In this document: positions 17,996 to 27,223 of the stretch, piece after piece | How the letters are laid out: every line of letters starts with the position of its first letter | Numbering within the stretch: position 1 is the stretch's first letter | DNA from: Spirochaetia bacterium | GTDB taxonomy: Bacteria > Spirochaetota > Spirochaetia > DSM-2461 | Length of the DNA stretch: 64,000 nt | Assembly: GCA_963666985.2 (NCBI GenBank) | Contig: CAXXIA010000001.1 | Coordinates: 736,001-800,000, forward strand | Direction of reading: 5' to 3' | Program-made: the position numbers and the translations under genes | Notes under the pieces: generated by a model | Seen by the model: only the letters and a program-made list of their open reading frames with translations | The model's database searches: none | Told to the model about the DNA's origin: nothing

Positions 17996-18826
17996 ATGAA
18001 AGTTCATTCCGTTTTTTCCCGGCGTGTTTCTCTGATTCTTTTGGTTCTGTTTGGAATCATAATCGTTTTTCCATATGTGTGGATGATTGCGACGTCTTTA
18101 AAGTCTCCCGAAGAGGTCTTTACGCCGCAGATGCGCTTGCTGCCCCGCCATTGGAGGCCCTCCAACTATTCTGATGTGTTTGCGGTCGGCTCATTCCCAA
18201 GATATATTCTGAATTCTTTTATTGTCACCGCGGCCGGTACGCTGTTGGAGTGTGCCATAGCGTTTATGGGTGCCTATGCTCTGGCCCGGCTGAATTTCAT
18301 CGGCAAAAAAGCGCTGTTTCTGCTTATTATCGGAACACTGATGATACCGCCGCATATACTCATGCTGCCTTCTTACATCATGATCAGCAGACTTCGGCTT
18401 TTGGATACGTACCTCGGACTGATCCTTCCCAGAGCCGGCGCCGCCTTCGGGATTTTTCTGCTGCGTCAGCATATGCTTACGATTCCCAACGATATCGCGG
18501 ATGCCGCGGAAATCGACGGTACGGGGCTTGGAGATATGATGCTGAAGATCTATCTGCCTTTAAGCTTTCCCGTTCTCGTCACGGTGGGGGTGTTCTCCAT
18601 GATCGGCTTTTGGAACGATTATTACTGGCCGCTTATCATTACGAGCAAAAGCGAAATGAGAACGCTTGCTCTTGGAATAAGTCACTTCAAGAGCTTGGAA
18701 GGCATGGGACAGTGGGAACTTCTGATGGCGGCCGCGACGATTGCGACTCTTCCCATGCTGATTGTTTTTTTCCTGAGCCGAAAAACGGTTATCGAGAATA
18801 TGACGACCGGTTCCGTTAAAGGTTGA
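17996..18826 (+). CDS. ABC transporter permease (UgpE/MalG-like)
   Basis: AYALARLNF, DAAEIDG, WNDYYWP motifs. Confidence 0.92.
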   Translation: MKVHSVFSRRVSLILLVLFGIIIVFPYVWMIATSLKSPEEVFTPQMRLLPRHWRPSNYSDVFAVGSFPRYILNSFIVTAAGTLLECAIAFMGAYALARLNFIGKKALFLLIIGTLMIPPHILMLPSYIMISRLRLLDTYLGLILPRAGAAFGIFLLRQHMLTIPNDIADAAEIDGTGLGDMMLKIYLPLSFPVLVTVGVFSMIGFWNDYYWPLIITSKSEMRTLALGISHFKSLEGMGQWELLMAAATIATLPMLIVFFLSRKTVIENMTTGSVKG

Positions 18827-19002
18827 ATAAACCGAAAGAATAAGGCCCTTTGAGCGGAGAGCCGTACAATTGCCTTTAAAGAAGAGAAAACTCGACATTC
18901 GGCCTGTTTTAAAATATCCCCTCTCGACAGTCGTGATGATTTTCCTCATCATTTTGAAAACGAACCGCCGCCGAAAGGCGGCCTCTTTGAGGAGATTTCA
19001 CC

Positions 19003-20523
19003 ATGGCACGAGCACTCTTAAGCGTTTATGACAAAACCGGAATAGTCGAATTCGCCCGATTCCTCATTGGTAAAGGTCTTTCGCTCCTTTCAACAGGCGG
19101 AACGTATAAAACACTTAAAGACGCGGGTTTGGCTGTTACCGAAGTCTCGGAATACACCGGAGCGGATGAAATTTTGGACGGAAGAGTGAAGACTCTTCAT
19201 CCGAAGATTCACGGAGGCCTTTTGGCTCGGCGGGATGATGAGAGTCATTTGGCGGCTATGGCGGAACGGAGCATCGAACCCATCGATGTCGTGGCGGTAA
19301 ATCTCTATCCGTTCTTCGAAAAATCCGGTGCGGGATTGGAACTGTCGGAACTCGTGGAATTTATTGATATAGGCGGACCGACGATGATTCGCGCCGCGGC
19401 AAAGAATTACGCTCATGTCGCGGTCCTTTCCAGTCCCGATGACTACGCTCCTGTTATGGAAGAATGGAATTCGAAAGGGAACCTTTGTGAAGAAACGAGA
19501 AAGCGCCTGGCCGGTCGGGTTTTTTCACTTACAGGCGCCTATGATTCGGCCGTTGCGCGGAGTCTTCTCGGAGACGAGGAACCTCTCGGATGGCTGAATT
19601 GTTCGTATAAAAAAGCTTTATCTCTTCGATACGGTGAGAATCCGCATCAACGAGCGGCATGGTATATCCCCACATCCTCCGCGTCTTTCGGCGCTTTGAG
19701 CGATTTTGAGCAGCATCAGGGAAAGGCGCTGAGTTTCAACAATTTGCGCGATCTGGACGGCGCGTGGAGAACGGTGAGTGAATTTACGGAAATCGCCTGT
19801 GCCGGCGTGAAACACGCCGCTCCCTGCGGAGTTGCTCTGGGCTCATCGCCGCTGGAGGCTTGGGAAAGGGCCAGGGATGCCGATCCGGTATCCATCTACG
19901 GCGGCATCGCCGCTTTCAACAGAACAGTTGACTCCTCAACGGCATCATCACTCTGCGGACTGTTCCTGGAGGTTATCGCCGCCCCGGGATTCGATGAGGA
20001 TGCCCTGGAAATCTTTTCCAAAAAGAAAAACCTTCGGGTTCTGACGATGAAACGGCCGCCCTCCGACCGCTGGGAAGCTCTGCCTGTGGACGGAGGAATC
20101 TGTCTTCAGGAGGTGGACCGCGGATTCGCCGCCGAATCCGAATGGAGCGTTCCTACGAAAGCGGCGCCGACTCCGGAACAAATGAAAGATTTATCTTTCG
20201 CATGGCGCGTGGTAAAGCATGTGAAGTCCAACGGCATCGCTTTGGCATCCGGATCGGCCACTTTGGGAATCGGTACGGGCCAGCCGAATAGAGTCGGCGC
20301 CGTAAAGATCGCCATTGAAGCCGCGGGAGAACAGGCGCGGGGCGCCGTTCTCGCCTCGGATGCTTTTTTCCCGTTTGATGATGCCGTAAAGGCTTCATCC
20401 GCGGCCGGAATTACGGCGATTATTCAGCCCGGAGGCTCCGTGCGGGACGCGGATTCCATTAAGGCCTGTGATGAAGCGGGAATCGCCATGGTGTTTACCG
20501 GCAGGCGGCATTTCAGGCATTAA
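19003..20523 (+). CDS. purH: Bifunctional AICAR formyltransferase / IMP cyclohydrolase
   Basis: [46 protein letters not shown]. Confidence 0.97.
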   Translation: MARALLSVYDKTGIVEFARFLIGKGLSLLSTGGTYKTLKDAGLAVTEVSEYTGADEILDGRVKTLHPKIHGGLLARRDDESHLAAMAERSIEPIDVVAVNLYPFFEKSGAGLELSELVEFIDIGGPTMIRAAAKNYAHVAVLSSPDDYAPVMEEWNSKGNLCEETRKRLAGRVFSLTGAYDSAVARSLLGDEEPLGWLNCSYKKALSLRYGENPHQRAAWYIPTSSASFGALSDFEQHQGKALSFNNLRDLDGAWRTVSEFTEIACAGVKHAAPCGVALGSSPLEAWERARDADPVSIYGGIAAFNRTVDSSTASSLCGLFLEVIAAPGFDEDALEIFSKKKNLRVLTMKRPPSDRWEALPVDGGICLQEVDRGFAAESEWSVPTKAAPTPEQMKDLSFAWRVVKHVKSNGIALASGSATLGIGTGQPNRVGAVKIAIEAAGEQARGAVLASDAFFPFDDAVKASSAAGITAIIQPGGSVRDADSIKACDEAGIAMVFTGRRHFRH

Positions 20524-20639
20524 GCTTCCGCCGAATAAATGCCGCCGGTCATAACCGAACGGACTTATGGCGAGTTCGGCGCGCGGCTCCGGGCGGATAT
20601 TGGAATATTTGTAAAAAAGGACCGGCAATTCTCATTTTT

Positions 20640-20816
20640 GGCGCCTCCCCGGCCTCTGGCCGGGCCGGGCTATCCGGGGGTACCGTCTAAACGTTTTGCC
20701 CGTTTAGACCGCTTCGCGCCCCTCCTATCCCTGACGCAGGTGAGAGCCGCGACCAAGTTTACTTGGGTATGGCCGAACCAAGGCAAGGGAAATACCGCGG
20801 GTATTATCCCTGACGC
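20640..20816. repeat. REP-like multi-hairpin intergenic element
   Basis: Hairpins CCCGGCC-tct-GGCCGGG (20648-20664) and GTCTAAACG-N7-CGTTTAGAC (20685-20709); TATCCCTGACGC repeated at 20726 and 20805. Confidence 0.55.
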
Positions 20817-20974
20817 TTTTTCTAAAATGAGAATTGCTGAAAAAGAACTCTTGAAGAATCGGCCGAACCTTTCCTAATCTTTCCGAAGATGAGGTCCTTT
20901 TTCGCGTGCCGACGGCCTTTGCGTTCTTATAGCCCGTTGGCCGAATTGCACCGCACCGGATATACTCAACGCCG

Positions 20975-22240
20975 ATGAGAAAAAAAGTCCTCGTAATCGG
21001 TTCGGGAGGTCGGGAACACGCATTGGTCCGTGTTCTTTCGGAAAGTTCCCGTGTTTCCTCCATTATTTGTTCTCCGGGAAATGCGGGCACGGCCATGATT
21101 CCCGGATGTCGAAATCTTACGGCCGACGGTAATAAAGCAATCGTTTCACTGGCTCGGAATGAATCCGTCGATCTTGTTGTTCCCGGCCCGGAGGCTCCTT
21201 TGGCGGCCGGATTGGTGGATGAATTGGCGGCGGCGGGGATAACCGCGTTCGGTCCGAAAGCGTCTTCGGCGAGACTTGAATCTTCCAAAGGATTCGCCAA
21301 GGACTTCATGGCCCGTAACGGTGTTGCCACGGCGGCCTATGCCCGTTATGCGAATCCCGATGAGGCGAAGGCCGAGATTGACCGATTCGGTTTTCCCGTA
21401 GTGGTGAAGGCCGACGGATTGGCCGCGGGGAAGGGCGTTCTTATTTGCGCCGACCGCTCCGAGGCCGAGGCTGCCGTTGACTCGGTCATGGTCCGGCGGG
21501 ATTTCGGGGATGCCGGAGCGCAAATCGTCCTTGAAGAATGCCTTAACGGATGGGAAACATCGATTATCGGTCTCATCGACGGAAAAACCTTTCTTCCTTT
21601 TCTGCCCGCGAAGGATCATAAGAGGGCCGGAAACGGCGACACGGGACCGAATACCGGCGGGATGGGCGTTATAGCCCCTCATCCTCTGGTGAACGAAGAT
21701 GTAACGGCGGATATTGAGAAAAACATTATCATTCCGACAATGGAAGGTTTGGAAAAGGACGGATTGGGATACTCCGGATTTCTTTTTATCGGAGTCATGG
21801 TTACCGGAAGCGGAGCCAAGGTTTTGGAATACAATGTCCGCTTGGGTGATCCCGAAGCTCAAGCTTTACTGCCTCTTTTCGATGGGGATTTCTTAATTCC
21901 GATCGAGTCGGCTCTCTCGGGCCGTCTTGAGGAAATCAGGCCCGGCTGGAGAGGCGGCGCGTCCTGCTGCATCGTCGTCGCTTCCGGAGGATATCCGGGG
22001 TCCTATCAAACCGGTTTCGCCATATCGGGAATGGATGAAGCGGAGAACGAGGGAGCCCTTGTCTATTGTGCCGGTGTTCAATCCGATCATAAAGGAACAC
22101 TTCTCAGCTCCGGCGGAAGAGTGTTGGGGGTTACATCCCTCGGAAAAACTCTCGATGAAGCCGGAAAAGCGGCATACGAAGCCGTTGAAAAAATCCGATT
22201 TGAAGGAAGTTGGTACCGCTCTGATATAGGAACTGCATAA
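20975..22240 (+). CDS. purD: Phosphoribosylamine--glycine ligase
   Basis: VIGSGGREHA, VVKADGLAAGKGV, DHKR..GDTGPNTGGMG, EYNVRLGDPE, GGRVL. Confidence 0.97.
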   Translation: MRKKVLVIGSGGREHALVRVLSESSRVSSIICSPGNAGTAMIPGCRNLTADGNKAIVSLARNESVDLVVPGPEAPLAAGLVDELAAAGITAFGPKASSARLESSKGFAKDFMARNGVATAAYARYANPDEAKAEIDRFGFPVVVKADGLAAGKGVLICADRSEAEAAVDSVMVRRDFGDAGAQIVLEECLNGWETSIIGLIDGKTFLPFLPAKDHKRAGNGDTGPNTGGMGVIAPHPLVNEDVTADIEKNIIIPTMEGLEKDGLGYSGFLFIGVMVTGSGAKVLEYNVRLGDPEAQALLPLFDGDFLIPIESALSGRLEEIRPGWRGGASCCIVVASGGYPGSYQTGFAISGMDEAENEGALVYCAGVQSDHKGTLLSSGGRVLGVTSLGKTLDEAGKAAYEAVEKIRFEGSWYRSDIGTA

Positions 22241-22289
22241 TACCGAATTCAGGAGAAACGTATTTTAATCAAACGTTGGAGGAATCCAG

Positions 22290-23315
22290 ATGTCCAGACC
22301 CGGCTTTCGAAATCTGATTGATTTGCTCAAGAAAGCTCCGGATGAAGTCTTCATTCAGCCGCACAATGTTCCGGATCCGGATGCCATAGCGGCAAGCTAT
22401 GGACTCCAAGTCCTTCTGGAGAAGTTTGATATTCCGACGCTCATCGTCTTCGACCAGGTACTGGCCAAGGCCAATAGTCTTCGAATGCTGGATATTTTTG
22501 GGATTCAAATGAAGAAGCCTGAGGAGGTGGCCACTCTCGGCGCCGAGGATTGGGCCGTTCTGGTCGACGTCCAAAAAGAGAATGCGAATCTTACCGATCT
22601 GATAACGGATGAGGTGGCCTGCATTGACCATCATAACGACAACGGATTTGACGATTACCGGTATAAAGATGTGCGTTCGGAATACGGAGCCTGTTCCACC
22701 ATTATCGAATCCTATTGGAATGAAGTCGGACTGACGCCGCCGACATCGGTGGCGACCGCCCTTGTCTACGGAATCCGGAGCGATACGGACGGCTTAAGCC
22801 GGGGCGTAAGCATTCAGGACATCGAAGCGTATTACCGTCTTTATCCCGAAGCCGACATGTCGCGAATTACGGAACTTGATTCCAACAGCATTAAACTTTC
22901 GGTTCTGAAGAATTATTCAAAGGCCTTCGATACGGTAGAAGTGTACGGAAAGGTCGGTTTTTTAAGCCTGGAAAGCAACGACGATTCGCTTCTCGGATCG
23001 GCCGGCGATACTTTGCTGTCCGTGGAAAACGTGGATGTCGTTGTCGCATACGCCATACGTGATAATGGTTTGAAGTATTCCATAAGAAGCATTGATCAGA
23101 ATATTCCGGCCGACCGGCTTGTGCGATTCATTGTTTCGGGACTCGGAGTCGGAGGCGGGCATGCGACGATGGCGGGAGGGTTCATTCCCGCCGAGAAATT
23201 CCCCGCCGATAAATCCTACGGAACATTCACCCGTGTGCGCACCATAGGATTTGTCGAACGGAACGGGAAGGATGATTCAATCAGTCAGTCCGTAGAAAAA
23301 AAAGCGGCCGTTTGA
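22290..23315 (+). CDS. DHH/DHHA1 family phosphoesterase (NrnA-like)
   Basis: HNVPDPDA, LVD, IDHH, SDT and GGGH motifs. Confidence 0.9.
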   Translation: MSRPGFRNLIDLLKKAPDEVFIQPHNVPDPDAIAASYGLQVLLEKFDIPTLIVFDQVLAKANSLRMLDIFGIQMKKPEEVATLGAEDWAVLVDVQKENANLTDLITDEVACIDHHNDNGFDDYRYKDVRSEYGACSTIIESYWNEVGLTPPTSVATALVYGIRSDTDGLSRGVSIQDIEAYYRLYPEADMSRITELDSNSIKLSVLKNYSKAFDTVEVYGKVGFLSLESNDDSLLGSAGDTLLSVENVDVVVAYAIRDNGLKYSIRSIDQNIPADRLVRFIVSGLGVGGGHATMAGGFIPAEKFPADKSYGTFTRVRTIGFVERNGKDDSISQSVEKKAAV

Positions 23316-23362
23316 TATGACCGCTTTGCCGCAGCTATGAAGTCGTTTTTTCCCTCACCTTG

Positions 23363-24358
23363 TTACCATAGATGATGAACAAGAGGTTTGATTCTTGTTT
23401 CATAAACGGCATTGATCGCGTTTTTCTTTTCTTGGCTCATCGGCGAGAGCGCTGCGGCCGAAAGGTTTGAAGCCAAGTGCTCCGGCTTGGAAGCGCCGGG
23501 AATGATGGTTGAAACCTGCGGATAATCCAGAATCCAGCGCAGTGCGATCGGAGCCAGGTTGTTTTCTTCCGGAAAGAGCTTTTTTATGTCCTCAACGGCG
23601 TCCAGCCCCGTTTCGAAAGGAATCCCCGAGAAGGTTTCACCTTTATCGAAAGCCGCGCCTTCGCGGTTAAAGCTTCGGTGATCCTGCGGAGCGAATTCTG
23701 TTTTACGGGAATAACGGCCGGTTAAAAGGCCGCTTGCCAACGGAACGCGGACGATAATACCCACATTCCGGCGCTCGGCTTCCTTGAAGAAGAGTTCCGC
23801 CGGTCTTTGACGAAACATGTTGAAGATTATTTGAACCGTCGTTACATTCGGATATTCGATCGCTTTCAGGGCTTCTTCCACTTTTTCAACGCTGACGCCG
23901 AGGTTGAGGATTTTGCCTTCTTCCTTCAGACGGTCGAAAAGCTCGAATATTTCCGGTCTGTAGAAAACCGCTGTGGGCGGACAGTGGAGCTGAATAAGGT
24001 CCAGAGCTTCAAAACCGGTATTCTTCAGGCTCCGTTCGACATAGCCGCGCAAAGCCTCGGGTGTATAGCCTTCGTTTACATGCGGATCAATAAAACGGCC
24101 GCATTTCGTGGCGACATAAATCCGTTCACTTCGCCGTCGGACCACGCGACCGACAGCGGCTTCACTTCGGCGGTTTTCGTACACGTCGGCGGTGTCGATG
24201 AAGTTCACCCCCGAATCGATTGCATCTTCAAGAATCGATTCGGCCAATGTGTCGTCGAAACCGCTTCCCCATTTCCCGCCGACCTGCCAGGTGCCGAGAG
24301 ATATTTCGGATATGCCGAAGCCTGTTTTGCCCAATATTCTTTTTTTCATATCGTTCAT
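23363..24358 (-). CDS. Aldo/keto reductase
   Basis: LGTWQ, FIDTADVY, VATK, DLIQLH, PLASGLL, IIPGA. Start at 24358 or 24349. Confidence 0.93.
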   Translation of the reverse strand: MNDMKKRILGKTGFGISEISLGTWQVGGKWGSGFDDTLAESILEDAIDSGVNFIDTADVYENRRSEAAVGRVVRRRSERIYVATKCGRFIDPHVNEGYTPEALRGYVERSLKNTGFEALDLIQLHCPPTAVFYRPEIFELFDRLKEEGKILNLGVSVEKVEEALKAIEYPNVTTVQIIFNMFRQRPAELFFKEAERRNVGIIVRVPLASGLLTGRYSRKTEFAPQDHRSFNREGAAFDKGETFSGIPFETGLDAVEDIKKLFPEENNLAPIALRWILDYPQVSTIIPGASKPEHLASNLSAAALSPMSQEKKNAINAVYETRIKPLVHHLW

Positions 24359-24371
24359 TGTATCCGAATCC

Positions 24372-25796
24372 TCACGATATTTTCGATTTTCTTGACGGCA
24401 GAGCGTCGGTGATGGTTCCCGCGGCCGATTCCGCGGCGAATGCCAGTGTTTCGGCGAAAGTAGGATGTGCGTGGACCGTGCCGCCGATGTCCTCCGCGTC
24501 GGCGCCCATTTCGATGGCCAAGGCGGCTTCCGCGATCAGATCGCCGGCGCGGGCGCCGACAATACCGGCGCCGATGATTCGGCCGCTCCCCGTGTCGAAG
24601 AGCGCTTTGGTTGTTCCGTAATCCTTATCAGCCGAGAGGGCCCGGCCGCTGGCACCCCAAGGGAAGGAGCCTTTTTCATAGGAGACACCTTCGGACTTCG
24701 CTTGTTTTTCGGTATAGCCGACCCAGGCGATTTCCGGGTCCGTATACGCCACCGAAGGGATGCTCATGGGAGTAAAGGCGCTCTTCAGGCCTGATGCGGA
24801 TTCGGCCGCCGTTTTCCCTTCGTGTACGGCTTTATGCGCAAGCATGGGATTCCCCACCGCATCACCGACGGCATGGATTCCCGGTACATCGGTTTCCATT
24901 CTTTCATTTACTTGAATGAATCCTTTCCCGTCCGTCTTTACGCCGATGTCCTCAAATCCCATATCGGCCGTGTTCGGGCGGCGGCCTACAGCTACCAAAA
25001 GAGCATCCGCTTCAATTGAGGCCGGAGCTTTCTCTCCTTCCAGTGAGATTTTCAAAGAGTGTTTTCCGGCCTCAACTCCCGTGAGTTTTGTGGAGGTGAG
25101 GACGGCTTCATAGGTTTTTTTAAGCTTGGCCGCCAGAGGACGCACCAGATCGGCATCCGCGGCGGGGATAATCTGGCCGAGCATTTCGATGATGGTTACT
25201 TTGGAGCCCAGCGAGGCATAGACTTGAGCCATTTCAAGTCCGATAATACCGCCGCCGAGTACCGCCAGCCGTGCGGGAATAAAGGGAAGGGCGAGCGCAT
25301 CGGCGGAATCCCAAATCCTTGCGTCTTTGGGGAGAAAGGGCAATTCCATCGGAGAAGAACCGACGGCGATAATCGCTTTCTCAAAGGCAACGGAGGTTAT
25401 GCCGCCTTCACCCTCAACCACAAGAAGTCTTTTTCCCGTGAAGCGGCCGAAACCGCGGAGAATCTCAACTTTTCTGGCTTTAGCCAATCCGGCCAGTCCG
25501 CCGGTGAGCTTTGTCACAATATCCGCTTTTTTTTCCCGGAGCTTCTCTATGTTAATCTCAGGCGCGGAGTACTTCAGGCCATAGGCTTCCGCCTCACGCG
25601 CCTCGGCAATCACTTCCGCCGCGTGGAGCAGTGTTTTGGAAGGAATGCATCCCTCGTTAAGGCATACGCCGCCTATACGTTCTTCCTTTTCGATCAGAAC
25701 AACCTGTTTGCCGAGATCGGCCGCACGGAATGCCGCCGTGTAGCCGCCGGGACCTCCGCCGAGAACCGCAACATCACACGTGATTGTTTTAGACAT
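24372..25796 (-). CDS. lpdA: Dihydrolipoamide dehydrogenase (E3)
   Basis: GGGPGGY, GGVCLNEGCIPSK redox disulfide, GGGIIGLE, HAHPTFAE. Confidence 0.96.
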   Translation of the reverse strand: MSKTITCDVAVLGGGPGGYTAAFRAADLGKQVVLIEKEERIGGVCLNEGCIPSKTLLHAAEVIAEAREAEAYGLKYSAPEINIEKLREKKADIVTKLTGGLAGLAKARKVEILRGFGRFTGKRLLVVEGEGGITSVAFEKAIIAVGSSPMELPFLPKDARIWDSADALALPFIPARLAVLGGGIIGLEMAQVYASLGSKVTIIEMLGQIIPAADADLVRPLAAKLKKTYEAVLTSTKLTGVEAGKHSLKISLEGEKAPASIEADALLVAVGRRPNTADMGFEDIGVKTDGKGFIQVNERMETDVPGIHAVGDAVGNPMLAHKAVHEGKTAAESASGLKSAFTPMSIPSVAYTDPEIAWVGYTEKQAKSEGVSYEKGSFPWGASGRALSADKDYGTTKALFDTGSGRIIGAGIVGARAGDLIAEAALAIEMGADAEDIGGTVHAHPTFAETLAFAAESAAGTITDALPSRKSKIS

Positions 25797-25818
25797 ACGT
25801 TTCTCCTTCGGCCGCCGC

Positions 25819-27210
25819 TTAGAGCAGCGTTCGCCGTATGTCGGCGAGAATCATTGCCAAATAAGCGGTAAAACGGGCGCCTTGAGCCCCGTCGATCACA
25901 CGATGATCATAAGAAAGGGAGAGAGGCAGAATGAGCCGCGGAACGAATTCGCTCCCGTTCCAAACGGGCTTCATCGTACTTCGTGAAAGACCGAGAATCG
26001 CCACCTCGGGAGCGTTGACGATGGGAGTAAAATAAGTTCCTCCAATACCGCCGAGGCTTGAGATTGAAAAAGTCCCGCCTTTCATCTCATCGATTTTCAG
26101 CTTTCCCTCGCGGGCTCGGGAACTCAGATCCGACAACTCTTCGGCCAATAAAGCGATGCCTTTTTGATCCGCGTTTTTTAATACGGGAACGACAAGCCCG
26201 TCTGAAGTATCAACGGCGATGCCGATGTTGTAATATTTTTTCCTGATTATCGAAGATCCGTCGGCGGAAAGAGATCCGTTGAAATCGCCGAAACGCTTCA
26301 GAGCCGCAACGACCGCTTTTACAACAAAAATTAAGGGGCTGATTTTTCGATTTCCCGCCGCGGCATTCTCTTCATTGATTGTTCCGCGGAATTCTTCAAG
26401 ATCCGTAATATCGGCGTCTTCGAACTGGGTTACATGGGGTATGCCCAGCCAGTTCCTGTGAAGATGCGGGCCGGAGATCTTTTTAATACGGCTTAATTCT
26501 TCGGTTTCGATGTCGCCGAAAGAAGCGTAATCGGCGGTCGGTATGGGCGGCAGGGCGAATCCTGATGTCCCGGAACCGGGGATGATGGAACGTGCCGGAT
26601 TCTCCGCAAATAAATCCGGCACGGCGCCGAAGCCGGATTTTTCCGCGATCGACATCACGTTCTTTATCCGTGCAGCGACATCTTCTCTGGTGATTCGTCC
26701 CTTGGGGCCGCTGCCGGTAACGCCGCTAAGATCGACGCCCAGTTCTCGGGCGAAAGCACGCACCGAAGGAGTCGCATGATATTTTGAGCCGAAGGGCTGA
26801 GCGTTTGCCGGAGCCTCCGAAGGGCTCGGCCGTTCGGAGGTGTCCGCGGGGCGCACTTCTTCCGCCCGATCTTCCTCAGCCCATGCCGATGAGGCCTCGT
26901 TTTTTTCCGTTTCTTCGACTTCCGTTAGGGAATTGGGATTTCCGCTGCTCCCATGAACCTCTTGATCTTCCTTTTCTACTTCCGCCAGAGCAATCAGGTC
27001 TCCGGTATTTACCGTGTCGCCTTCATTGACCTTAACCTCCGTGATAACTCCCGAAAGAGGCGAGGGGACGTCCATAACCGCTTTGTCGCTTTCCAGCGAG
27101 ATTAACGGAGATTCCACTTCAATCGTATCGCCGGGTGAAACATAAACTTCCACGACGGCGACATCATGCAAGCCTTGAAGATCGGGAACTTTTATTTCCT
27201 GTGTTGCCAT
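25819..27210 (-). CDS. aceF: Pyruvate dehydrogenase E2 dihydrolipoyllysine acetyltransferase
   Basis: Single lipoyl domain (ESDKA), E3-binding domain (ATPSVR..ARELGVDL), catalytic DHRVIDG. Confidence 0.95.
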   Translation of the reverse strand: MATQEIKVPDLQGLHDVAVVEVYVSPGDTIEVESPLISLESDKAVMDVPSPLSGVITEVKVNEGDTVNTGDLIALAEVEKEDQEVHGSSGNPNSLTEVEETEKNEASSAWAEEDRAEEVRPADTSERPSPSEAPANAQPFGSKYHATPSVRAFARELGVDLSGVTGSGPKGRITREDVAARIKNVMSIAEKSGFGAVPDLFAENPARSIIPGSGTSGFALPPIPTADYASFGDIETEELSRIKKISGPHLHRNWLGIPHVTQFEDADITDLEEFRGTINEENAAAGNRKISPLIFVVKAVVAALKRFGDFNGSLSADGSSIIRKKYYNIGIAVDTSDGLVVPVLKNADQKGIALLAEELSDLSSRAREGKLKIDEMKGGTFSISSLGGIGGTYFTPIVNAPEVAILGLSRSTMKPVWNGSEFVPRLILPLSLSYDHRVIDGAQGARFTAYLAMILADIRRTLL

Positions 27211-27223
27211 GACCTTCTTCTCC

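Noticed and set aside
18830..19002. Possible ZMP/ZTP riboswitch upstream of purH
   Set aside because: No GACUGGCG..GUGG..CCAC core or CGCCUGGGC pseudoknot strand; only a CCGCC-GAAA-GGCGG hairpin.
20539..20877. 112-aa ORF between purH and purD
   Set aside because: Runs through the palindromic repeat, has no SD and no recognisable motif; probably spurious.
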